64,000 nt of DNA from Daphnia carinata (Eukaryota): NCBI RefSeq assembly GCF_022539665.2, contig NC_081333.1, positions 4,154,001-4,218,000 of the forward strand. The letters are read 5' to 3'. Made by a program: the position numbers and the translations under genes. Below, in pieces: positions 26,476-37,586 of this stretch. The first letter of the stretch is position 1; each line of letters opens with the position of its first letter. The notes under the pieces were generated by a model, which ran no database searches, was not told where the DNA came from, and saw nothing but the letters and a program-made list of their open reading frames with translations.

Positions 26476-26912
26476 ATGGCTTCTATCAAGATGGTAAGTC
26501 CCTCTTTTGCTTGCATTCTTTGTTTGAACAATTTGAAATCATTTCGTGCAAAATGTTTCATTCCTGTTATTCACGCAGATCGTTCTGTGGGCCTTCTTGG
26601 TCGTTCTGGTGGCCGCAGTCAATGCCGCTCCCCGTTATTTCATTATCGACGATGGCGAAGTTGATGGTAAATGTTATTCCATAATGTCATAGGGACAATC
26701 TAATGCTAACTTTGTATCGGTGTGATTTTGCAGTTGCTGCTCCCGCTCCGTTGGTGCGCGTCCGTCGCCAGGACAAGTACGTTGCATCGGCCAGCGGTGG
26801 CAATTACGGCAAGGGATATGTTGGGCCTACTTACACCTTTGTCAAGACCGACCCTAAGGCTAACTTCAAGTGGGGAGTCCGCCATCGTGCTGGAGTCCAA
26901 TACGGTCGTTAA
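26476..26912 (+). CDS. 94-aa secreted prepro-peptide, copy 1 (signal peptide, acidic propiece, RVRR, cationic Gly-rich 47-mer ending YGR)
   Basis: Exons 26476-26493, 26579-26666, 26734-26912 splice in frame to MASIKMIVLWAFLVVLVAAVNAAPRYFIIDDGEVDVAAPAPLVRVRRQDKYVASASGGNYGKGYVGPTYTFVKTDPKANFKWGVRHRAGVQYGR*. Structure is conserved in three copies. Confidence 0.9.
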
Positions 26913-27625
26913 AAAGCATTAGCTCGGCCCTAACCCACATAATCCTTCTCAAGCTGGATCTTGAAATTCGATGAAAAAAACCTACATTTCTCGCTATTTG
27001 TCCGCCCATCCACTCATATTGGAGTCATCCCGGTCTTAAAATCATAAACACATGATCATTCATTTCAAATTCTTTTGGATTGTCTGTCGTGAGTAACCCC
27101 TGTTATCTATTGTCAGTTGTTACTGTCTGCAGCGTTAAACAAAAAAAAAAATACAAATCTAAATTTAAATTCACACATAATATCTCATCCCACATCAGTT
27201 TTATTTTTCAGCATTCCACCGGAGTAAAAAATTCCAGAAAAGTTCAAGAAACTGTTTTTTTTGCGTGCAAAATATTTTTACTTGAGGGTCATTGACTTTT
27301 GCGAAAAACTAACGGATTCAAAAGCGCAAATTTCCTCTGCAGACTGTTCAACCAGGGCAGTTCATTCTTCTTGGAATCAGCAGTTGTTCCGCAAACGACG
27401 AGCACATTCAACGATGAACTACTTGAATTCCAGTTCAACTTCTAAATAGAACACGCAGACCACGGTAGAATTAAACAATAAGAAATCTCACGCATTACCT
27501 CGCGATTTATTTCACGTTGTAAATGGTTTTACAACACACGAAAGCGAAGTGTGTAAGATATTGGAGCCGTCGTGTACCATTCCTCACGCTATTCGTTGCA
27601 ACTGCAATTTTTATTCTGTTCCAAA

Positions 27626-29499
27626 TTATTTATCATTCTGATTTTCTGATGTCGACGATTCAATCGTAATAGAGTACCAGACGTTCTTCGAGCGGAAGTA
27701 GCTGAAGCTATTGTCAAACTCAACGACATCTGGGTGTATATGATTAGATGTAATGAAACAGTTCATTGCAAAAGAAAGACAGACTTACAGACACCGGTTT
27801 CATCGCAATGGATTAGGCCTTCTTCTGGTATAACGTGACAATCAATACGGTCGTGAGGAACGACCGCAATCAACTGGCTGTCCTCTTTCCGATAAACGGC
27901 AAATGCGATATCACCACCTTCCGAATGGAAATCCCATCTTAAAGCAATAAATAATACGACATTGTCTTCCGCTATCTAAAAAAGATTTTTTACTATTACT
28001 TTAAAATGGCTCCGGCTTGTGTGACTTGAAATTCCAATTGCTCTTTGGAGCCGTTAGGGACAGTGAAACATTTTTTATTGGTCGCATCAAGATTGCGTGT
28101 AAAATAGTAAGACTTTGGGACTTCGCCACCCATATTCACCTAGAAATTCATAATGTTTTAATTCGAAAAATGTAAAAGAATAAATAGAGAAGCTATCACC
28201 ATTGTGATACAGTTGGGATTTCCATCGGGATCGGTCAGAGTTCCACCGTAACAAGCGGGTAGTTCTTGCGGATCGAAATCTTCCAAAAGGGCGGCCTTCC
28301 ATTGTTCAACATTGTAACCATAGATTCGAACATTACTCGTCGTTTTTTCGTGCATGAAAGGCTTCGACAACGAGTAGAGAATGGAAAAAATCTTTGGAGC
28401 ATTGATCACGAAAACTCGTCGGAGAAATTCCGGATAGTTGGTCTCGTTCATCTGCAGCATTTCAAAGCAAATGTCGAGGGCTACGCATAGATAAAAAAAA
28501 AAAAAAACTCGCCTTCATCTAAAATTCCTATAGCTTTTCATACAAACACTGCGACGTAATTTATCTTTAGAAATGAATCCAAATGGACGCACCCGGTTTG
28601 AAAGTAATGTGACGCATTGAAAAGCCGGCCAGGTCTAAGATGATAGTGACCTGGTAAATGGTCGTCGGGGATAGTGTGTACCTCTCTGGATTGGTTTTAG
28701 CTTCCCGGATGCTCGTCTCCAATTTCTGAGTCAGGTACATGAAATAATTTTTCTTCTTAACAGAGAGGAGGATGCCCTTCATGTCCATCGCTCCGTAGCG
28801 AACGGTCACCGTGTAACTCTTGTACTTGTCGACACCGGTGTGACCAACGGCGAAGTATTTGCGCATAACTTCGGGTAACTCCGATTCATCGATCATTTCG
28901 TCGACTCGATTTGTTTGGCGCCATTCTAACGACTGGTTTATAAAGTATTTATTTAGCGCAAACTAGTTAGAAACGAAATGCTGCTTACCTTTCGCAACAT
29001 CGTTTCGGCCTTGGCTATATTGAAATCACGAGCTGCAGATACAAAGTATCGAATGCGTCATGATTAATTCTGCTACGTGAAATTTATAGAGGAAATACCG
29101 ATAAGCCATCGAAGAAGGTAGACATCGCTCGAGTCCGGTAGTTTGCAGTCATTCACGGCCTCCCGAAACTGTGGGAGAAAGCAACGCAATATGACATGTA
29201 GATTACGTAAATCGCGGTATTCAGCCCAGACTAGGATTTATACTTTCTTTAGGCCACCAGTGAAAAAGAGAACGGCCTTAAAAATGATTTAACACAAAAT
29301 GTAGAGCGAATGTCATGAAATACACTTATCTTAAGGGGGAAGGTGTGGGGTTTATTCAGATGATAATCCAATCAACCAAACGCGTTTCTTTCTAGTGTAT
29401 TACGTCGCCTCTTCTTGCCTGCCGTACAAGGAAAATTAGAGAAAATGGTACCTGCTCTAGGGTAGCTCTTTGGTCGTCGTTAAGTTGCTTGAGATCCAT
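27626..29499 (-). CDS. SEC14-like lipid-binding protein (CRAL-TRIO_N + CRAL-TRIO + GOLD), copy A
   Basis: MDLKQLNDDQRATLEQ|FREAV..DVYLLRWLI|ARDFNIAKAETMLRK|..IILDLAGFSMRH..|NYPEFLRRVFVINAPKIF..LPACYGGTLTDPDGNPNC..GGEVPKSYY..WDFHSEGGDIAFAVY..VVEFDNSFSYFRSKNVWYSI. SEC14L2/L3/L4-type motifs with GT-AG introns. Confidence 0.92.
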
Positions 29500-30092
29500 T
29501 TCCTAGAAAGTAGAACTCAACGATGGAATGGGAACGAACGTTGACCTTATACAGGAAGTACGAGGCTGACGGAGACACTAGACAGTGCGTTAACACCCTG
29601 AAATAATGAATAAGGACGAGTAATTAAGAGAGGCTTGGATAAATCACGAAGAGGATCTCAGATGTGTAGCACCAGGTGTTAACAGATTGGAAACTAGCCC
29701 TCACGTTCGATGTGCTATGGAAGGGGGGAACACATGCCCCACAAACTGAAGCGACTGTTTCTTTTACACTGAGGAATTAGAAAAGAAAAACAACGCAGCA
29801 TTTGAAATAATCAACTAGAACGAAGTAAAACCTGTTACTAAATCAAGTTTTGTTGTCTTGTTATTTAAAGGATGTTGCCCTTTCCAGTTCAAGCAATGTC
29901 TTGCCCATAGCGCGATAGTGCCCTCCAGCAAAACTAGTGCTCATGCAAAAGAGCAACAGTAAACACGTTTTGGAAGTTAGTAAACAAATGGAAACTATGT
30001 TTATTAATATTTTAAGCAGTTTATTATTTTAGTAATATAAATCCATGTTCTCCTCGGATTTGATTCAACTCCTCCACATCGATGATGCCGTT

Positions 30093-31801
30093 CTAACAAT
30101 TAGGTTTGTTGGTTTCAATCGTAATGGAATACCAAATTTTCTTTGAACGGAAGTAGCTGAAACTGTTGTCGAATTCGACGACATCTGAGAAGGAAAAATT
30201 GTTAAAGGCGAAATTCGAATCTAGTCGTGTGAGGCAGACTTACAGGCACCAGTGCTGCCACAACAGATTTCGCCTTCTTCGGGTGAAACATGACAATCGA
30301 CACGTTCGTGCGGAACGACCGGAATCATTTGGCCATCTTCTTTGCGGTAAATGGCAAACGAGATATCACCTTCTTCCGAATGGAAATCCCACCTACCATA
30401 AAAGTTGAGCATATACGTATGAAACTCTCTTCTTCACTTATTAACAATCACTTGAGGTGAACTCCAGCTTCATTGATTCGAAATTCCAATTGCTCTCTGG
30501 ATCCGTGGCAGACCGGCAAACAATTCTTATTGGTCGTATCAAAATTGCGAGGAAGGTAGTAAGACTTTGGAACTTCGCCACCCAAGTTCACCTGGCAAAT
30601 TTATAACATTCTAATTTTTAAAAATTTAAAGAATAAACAGAGGAACCATCACCATTGTGATACAGTAGGGATTTCCATCGGGATCGGTCAGAGTTCCACC
30701 GTAACAAGCGGGCAATTCCTGCGGATCGAAATCTTCCAAAAGAGCTGCTTTCCACTGTTCAGCATCGTGGCTGTAGATATGGACTTTTTTCCTCGTTTTT
30801 TCATGCATGAACGGCTTCGCTAACGAGTACATAATGGAGAAGACCTTTGGTGCGTTGATCACGAAAATGCGTCGGAGAAATTCCGGATAGTTGGCCTCGT
30901 TCATCTGCAGCAATTGCAGGACAGTATCAAGGGCTACGTCCAAAACACCAACATTCAAACATCTTTTGCAAATCAATCGTGAGAAATGAATAAGAATATG
31001 TACCCGGCTTGTGGGTGATGTGACGCATTGAAAAGCCGTCCATGTCTAAGATGATAGTGGCCTGGCTGATGGTCGTCGGCGATGGTATGAACCTCGCTGG
31101 ATTCTTTCTAGCATCCAAGATGCTCTGCTCTACAATTTTAACCATGTACGTTATCAAATCTTTCTTCTTAGCGGAGAGGAGGAGGCCCTTCCAGTCCATC
31201 GCTCCGTGTCGGCATACCACCACGTAACTCTTGTTCTTATCAGCACCAACGTGGCCAACGGCACAGTATTTAGTAAGCACTTCGGGTGCCTTCCAGTCTT
31301 CTGTGATCGTGTCGACCCTGTTTTTCTGGCGCCATTCCATCGACTAATTGAAAAATGATTTATATGATAGTAGCAATAGGGTCTAATGAAAATCACGCTT
31401 ACATTTCGCAACATCTTTTCAGATTTAGCCAAATCGAACTCACGAGCTACAAATAGAGTGAAGTGATTCTTATTACATTAATGAAATTTATGGTGAGGGT
31501 TTATAATCATACGATACCGACGAGCCATCGAAGAAGGTAGACGTCGTCCGACTGTGGAAGTTTGCAATCCTTAACGGCTTCACGAAGCTGTTGGGGAAAT
31601 GAGCTTTGTTAATATCAATAGAGTTACAAAACTAACGGAATGTTTATGATCTCGTTGCACAATTTATTCTTAAACTTACTAATACAATGGTCGAGATTTC
31701 ACACCTCGGGTCATGCATCATTATCGAACAGACAATTGTGCACACGTTCATACCTGCTTTAGGGTAGCTCTTTGATCGTCGTTGAGCTGGCTAAGATCCA
31801 T
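30093..31801 (-). CDS. SEC14-like protein (CRAL-TRIO + GOLD), copy B
   Basis: MDLSQLNDDQRATLKQ start; same exon layout as copy A; NYPEFLRRIFVINAPK, LPACYGGTLTDPDGNP, FDNSFSYFRSKKIWYSI; stop TAG at 30095-30093. Confidence 0.92.
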
Positions 31802-32348
31802 TTCTGAAAACTGGAACTCAACGATATGCAATGGGGGCAAACGTTTATCTTACAGGAAAGCCTATAACAGAGACACTAAGAATAAACAATTCCAAATATT
31901 CATGAAAGAAATAAAAGAAGGTCGCCATGGACAGATCACCAGAAAAAAAAAAGTGACACAGTAGTTCCAGGAAATGTTAAAAAAATTTTGAAGGAAAAAT
32001 AGCCTTGGTCTTCAACGCGTTGGCCGGGGAGAACAAATGCTGAACGAGCTGAGTCAACTGTTTCTTTCCTACTAATAGACTGGTAAAAGAAAGCACACAC
32101 CTGAAAACAATCAACTTGTGCGATGCAACCAAACCTGTCGACGAATTTCAGGTTTTTTACGTATTCCTTCTTTTTTGTGTGTGTGTTTTCTATTTCGTTC
32201 TATCTAGGTTCAGACTTTCTGAATTTCATTGTGGAAAATGCTCCTCCAGCATACCAAACTAAATTAAAACAAGAGGAGAAGATAGTTTTTATTAAGCCCT
32301 TTATTATTACAAACGAGAAAACTTAGTATGGAATACATGAGATGAGAT

Positions 32349-34043
32349 TCAATTAAAATTATCCCCGTCGATGATGCCATTCTGATCATTCACAGATTCA
32401 ATGGAAATCGAATACCAAATCTTCTTTGAGCGGAGGTAGCTGAAGCTGTTGTCGAATTCTACAACGTCTAATGACACATGGTTGTATAAATAGAAGTCTT
32501 ATTTGAATCTAGCCGCTGTAAAACAGTTACTTACAGACACCGGTGTAATCGCAGCGCATTTCACCTTCTTCAGACGACAGGTGACAATCCACGCGTTCGT
32601 GAGGGACAATCGGGAGCAATCCGCCCTCTTTTTCCCGATACACAGCGAAGGCGATATCACCATCTTCCGAATGAAAGTCCCACCTTAAACAGGAAAAACA
32701 ATGTAATGCATCATCATCCGTGTAACTATAAAATTAGATTAACATACTTCACTACGCTATTGGGTTTTGCAATTTGAAATTGCAGTTGCTCCTTCGATCC
32801 TCTAGCAATCGACAATAGTTTTTTATAGGAAACGTCAGTCTCGCCATTGAGATAATAGGATTTCGGGACTTCTCCTCCTATATTAAACTAAAATAGACTT
32901 ATTCATTAAAAAGGACAGTGTTGCACGCAAATTTGCAAAAGAACCGTTACCATCGTTACACAGTTGGGGTTTCCATCGGGGTCGGTCAGAGTTCCACCGT
33001 AACAAGCGGGTAATTCTTGCGGATCGATGTCTTCCAAAAGAGCTGCTTTCCATTGGTCAGAATTATTACTAAAAACGTGCACTTTGTTCGCCGTCTTTTC
33101 GTGCATAAGCGGCTTCATCATCGAGTAGAGAACAGCGAATACTTTGGGCGCGTTGATAACGAAAACACGACGCAGAAGCTCAGGGTAATTTGCCTCGTAC
33201 ACCTGGAGCAATTGAAGGACCGTATCAATGCCTAAAAACAAATGCGCATTTCAAAATGAATGCGAATCGATTAGTAACGTAGTTTGAGGTATATATTACC
33301 TGGCTTGTACGTGATGTGACGCATTGAGAAGCCGTCCATGTCGAAGATGATCGTTAGCTGAGAAATGGCATCCGGAGATTGTTTGAATTTGTCAGGATTA
33401 TTTCGCATTGATATGACGCACCTCTCGGCAATGCCAATCACATGCATTAAATAATCCCTTTTCTTGGCTGAACGTAAAATGCCTTTTAAATCCATAGCTC
33501 CGTAGCGAATAGCTATCAGGTAATTTTTTTGCTTATCGACGCCGATGTGTCCGCCGGTAAAATACCGAGCCAACACTTCGGGTGCCTTGTAATTGTCCAG
33601 CATCCCATCGACTTTGAAATGGCGACGCCATTCCATAGACTTTGTTGACATGAAATGATTATAATTAGCAATGAAAACTGGAAACACTTTTAAGATGATA
33701 CTCACATCACGTAGCATTTTTTCAGCTCTAATCAAATCGAAATCACGGGCTATGTGAAAACGTAACGTATGAGCAATTGTTGAAGTTAGCGTTTAAAATG
33801 AACGATTGGTTTACCGATGAGCCATCGAAGGAGATAGTCGTCATTAGCGTCTGGTAGAACGCAGTCTTTAGTCGCTTCGCGAAACTATTTTAAAAAGGGA
33901 AAAAAAACGAATCAGCCGAATGAACCGTGTGCTCCGGACGATCGCCGCAGGATTAGAAAGTAGCGAAAAAGAAAAAAATTTAAGCGAAAATACACCTGTT
34001 CCAGAACTGTTTTCTCTTTATCACCGAGTTGACCGAAATTCAT
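32349..34043 (-). CDS. SEC14-like protein (CRAL-TRIO + GOLD), copy C
   Basis: MNFGQLGDKEKTVLEQ start; YEANYPELLRRVFVINAPK, LPACYGGTLTDPDGNPNC, FDNSFSYLRSKKIWYSI..DQNGIIDGDNFN*; same intron positions as copies A and B. Confidence 0.92.
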
Positions 34044-35343
34044 TTTGTGAAAGGGACAGGATTTGAAGACAGCTCTCGCGATATTTAGGCAGAGGTAAAC
34101 GTAAAATTCAATGTAGGTTGACTGTGGTTATCAACGAACACGCTTGAAGATTGTGCGAGTATGCAAAACACTTGAGGATATTAATTGCCAATGTCGATTA
34201 AACAAGCCAAAGTGAGGACTGGAGGTAAGCGCACAACAGATGGGCAGGCTGTTTTCTTGTCTACTGCGGAGAACCTGAGAATAATCAGCATCTTATGTAT
34301 ACGCAACCAGCTATATCCTTTCTTAGTAACTAGTTTGCTAGGATTGGTAGTGTGCAGAGAATGACCTTACCAGTCAGCCCTTTCAGCGCGAATGGATTCT
34401 CGGAGCTGGCATTCGTTTTCTTAGATTTCAATGGGACTTTGGAGTTCATCTTTTGATAGGAAATCAAGGTCTCGGACTTCATTCAAGTGATCCGATCAAG
34501 GGAAAGTTTGTTCGTACTTTCATTGCACTGTTTTTAAACGCCAGTTGTCTCTCTTGCAACTGAGTGCAATGTGCACCTGTGCATGTTGTCCAAATGATGG
34601 CTCGTTTCTAAAAGGTGTCTCTATATATGTTCGAACAGCAAATGTCTCATTGCTGAATATTAAATAGGAAAGATCCTGCAAAGTGTTAAAACAAAAGGTT
34701 GTATCTTGCAAAACGAACATCATTTAACCTATGTCAACAGAGCGTTGACATCGTTTAAAAACGCAACACAATCATTTGCAATCTGTTTAACAGTTGGTCG
34801 CGATGGGCGTATACCTGCATGACCTTCATGAAAGAGGTAATAACTTTTAATGGGGCAAAAGAAGAGATTTATTTTTTCTTTCCTACAAATTTCCAATGGG
34901 ATGGGTAAGATAAGGTAACCACCTCGTTCCCCGTCGCTTCTCACACTTCCCACGCTTTTATTTTAAGTTATAAACATTGCAGTTCTGAGTTTCGATTGAA
35001 TGCATTGGCGATCTATCAACTTTAAATCTTTGATAATATCTCCATCCGATTCCCAGACATAAAAGATTATTTTAACCTAATTTGTCTGGCTGATTTTTCT
35101 TGATATCGAGAGCCATCGACCGCTGGCTGTATGCGGATGGGAGTGCCTTCTTCGCCCAGCTCAATATAACGCTATGTTCCATGCCCTCTATTACGTTTCC
35201 GTGGCAAGCGTATTAGAACTAAAACAATCTCACGTGCTTTGTGGTTAATATCCCCCCTGAAGGTTCGTTCATTTTTAACTCATTCTTTTTCTTCTTTTAA
35301 GGAAAATGTGGGTTTGCTGTGTGAGCATACAGAAGGAGCGAAG

Positions 35344-35383
35344 TATAAAAGCAAGCGTCTCCATTTCGTATTTTCACCAGTCA
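35344..35383 (+). promoter_or_regulatory. TATA box plus Inr-like element of peptide gene copy 2
   Basis: TATAAAA at 35344-35350 and CCAGTC about 30 nt downstream, in the positions homologous to copies 1 and 3. Confidence 0.65.
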
Positions 35384-35414
35384 CTTGCCGATTCAGCTCA
35401 AAGTACAACCAACA

Positions 35415-35845
35415 ATGGCTTCTCTCAAGATGGTAAGTCTCCCTCTTTTCCAACATTGCTTGTTGCAATTACATCGTCTGTGCAAATATTTAATGCCTGT
35501 TATTGACGTAGATCGTTCTGTGGGCCTTCTTGGTCGTTCTGGTGGCCGCAGTCAATGCCTCTCCCCGTTACTTCGTTATCGACGATGGCGAAGTTGATGG
35601 TGAATGCTATTCCATAATGTCATAGGGCCAATCCAATGCTAACTTTGTATCGGTATTATTTTGCAGTAGCTGCTCCCGCTCCTTTGGTCCGCGTCCGTCG
35701 TGATGACAAGTACATTGCGGCCGCCACCGGTGGTAACTACGGCAAGGGACATGTTGGACCTGTTTATACCTTCGTCAAGACCGACCCTAAGGCTAACTTC
35801 AAGTGGGGAGTCCGCCATCGCGCTGGAGCCCAATACGGCCGTTAA
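35415..35845 (+). CDS. 94-aa secreted prepro-peptide, copy 2
   Basis: Exons 35415-35432, 35512-35599, 35667-35845: MASLKMIVLWAFLVVLVAAVNASPRYFVIDDGEVDVAAPAPLVRVRRDDKYIAAATGGNYGKGHVGPVYTFVKTDPKANFKWGVRHRAGAQYGR*. Confidence 0.9.
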
Positions 35846-37085
35846 ACAGAAATAGTCCGGCCAATGTACCCTCAACCCAGATAATCCTCTTTTCAAGCTG
35901 GCTCTTGAGAGTTGAAACGATGTTGAAGACCTACATCTCACGCTGTTTGTACTCTCATTCTCTCTCTCCTATGGTTTTTATTTTTTATGAGTTCTGCACT
36001 GCAAATGCATGAGACTGAGTCGTCGTTTCAATTGTTTTTCAGTGCCTTTTTGTGATACGTTGTTATCGTTTTGATATATTTGTTACTTTTCTTCGTGCAC
36101 AACTATATAAAATACAATTCTTTGTTAAAGTTAATCTTTGTATTGTTTACATTCCGGTTTGAATGATTTGTTTGGCCTGGCACTCACGTGGCTGATGTTA
36201 CTGGCGATGGCCTGTGCTGTAAGCGAAACACCCGAAAGGAATAGTCTGTTGCTAATTCGTGTGCAAAATGTTGTCCGGAGGGGTTGAATTTGCAGAGAAC
36301 TAACGGTTCTGAAGTACAAAAATAGCTGAAGGTGACTCCCACAGGTATCTGACGATAATAAGATACATACTTCAATTTGAATATGACTAACATTTCAAAC
36401 AAAGAAATATAAAACGATGGCAGACATAAGTATCGAGGGACGTCGACGACAAGAGCTTCAAAGAAAATTCGCTCTAATTGTATAATTACAGTCATAGCCA
36501 AAGCTTAGACACCGTGGGTTACGATGACTGTGAATAAACAAACCAGTAACCCCCGCATCTAATAGTTCTGTTTCGCTTTTCTAACGTTGCAATGACATTA
36601 GGACAGGTCTGATTAAAGGCTGTCCCAAAGACGTCGGAGGAAATGTGCATTAAAGATCGTTGCATTACCTCCACCCTTAGTATTTACAGTGCCAAGCAAA
36701 CGATCGAATTCGGGACTGCTCTGTTTTCTTCTAATCACTAACGAGTCTTAAGTAATGAGTCTTGTGGCAAAGTTTGGCGTACCGGGAGCTTACGGATTTT
36801 CAGCTTGTGACTTCTCCAGGCTTTCCGTTGTTCTCCGGCTCCCCCTCCGACTTTTTGAATACGTTAATTAACAGTGCAGTTGGGGCAGGGCTTAACTATC
36901 GGTCCAGCTCCGACCATCTGATAGAAACGCCGCTGGGCACGGGATATCTTCCATACCCTGTGTCATCTCTTGCGGCAAGTGCGTTTGGAAGTAAACTATC
37001 TCACATGTTTGCGGTCGATCTTTCCCTGGAGCTTCAGTTCACGTTACTATAGCTTTTGGCAAAAAATGTAGGCCGGAAAGTTGGG

Positions 37086-37124
37086 TATATAAGCAGCGGC
37101 TCCGGTTCTACATTTTCATCAGTC
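37086..37124 (+). promoter_or_regulatory. TATA box plus initiator of peptide gene copy 3
   Basis: TATATAA followed by TCAGTC, nearly identical to the copy 1 core promoter. Confidence 0.75.
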
Positions 37125-37156
37125 ACTCGACGCTTCAACACAAACAACAAACAACA

Positions 37157-37586
37157 ATGGCTTCTATCAAGATGGTAAGTCCCTCTTTTGATTGCATTCT
37201 TTGTTTGAACAATTTGAAATCATTTCGTGCAAAATGTTTCTGTGCACGCAGATCGTTCTGTGGGCCTTCTTGGTCGTTCTGGTGGCCGCAGTCAATGCCG
37301 CTCCCCGTTACTTCATTATCGACGATGGTGAAGTTGATGGTAAATGCTATTCCATAATGTCATAGGGATAAATCCAATGCTAACTTTGTATCGGTATTTT
37401 TTTGCAGTTGCTGCTCCCGCTCCGTTGGTCCGCGTCCGGCGCCAGGACAAGTACGTTGCATCGACCAGCGGTGGCAATTACGGCAAGGGACATGTTGGCC
37501 CCGTCTACACCTTCGTGAAAACCGACCCTAAGGCTAACTTCAAGTGGGGAGTCCGCCATCGTGCTGGAGTCCAATACGGTCGTTAA
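37157..37586 (+). CDS. 94-aa secreted prepro-peptide, copy 3
   Basis: Exons 37157-37174, 37252-37339, 37408-37586: MASIKMIVLWAFLVVLVAAVNAAPRYFIIDDGEVDVAAPAPLVRVRRQDKYVASTSGGNYGKGHVGPVYTFVKTDPKANFKWGVRHRAGVQYGR*. Confidence 0.9.

Noticed and set aside
36762..37052. 96-aa ORF between peptide copies 2 and 3, possible transposon fragment
   Set aside because: Non-ATG start, no domain, no terminal repeats or target-site duplication visible.
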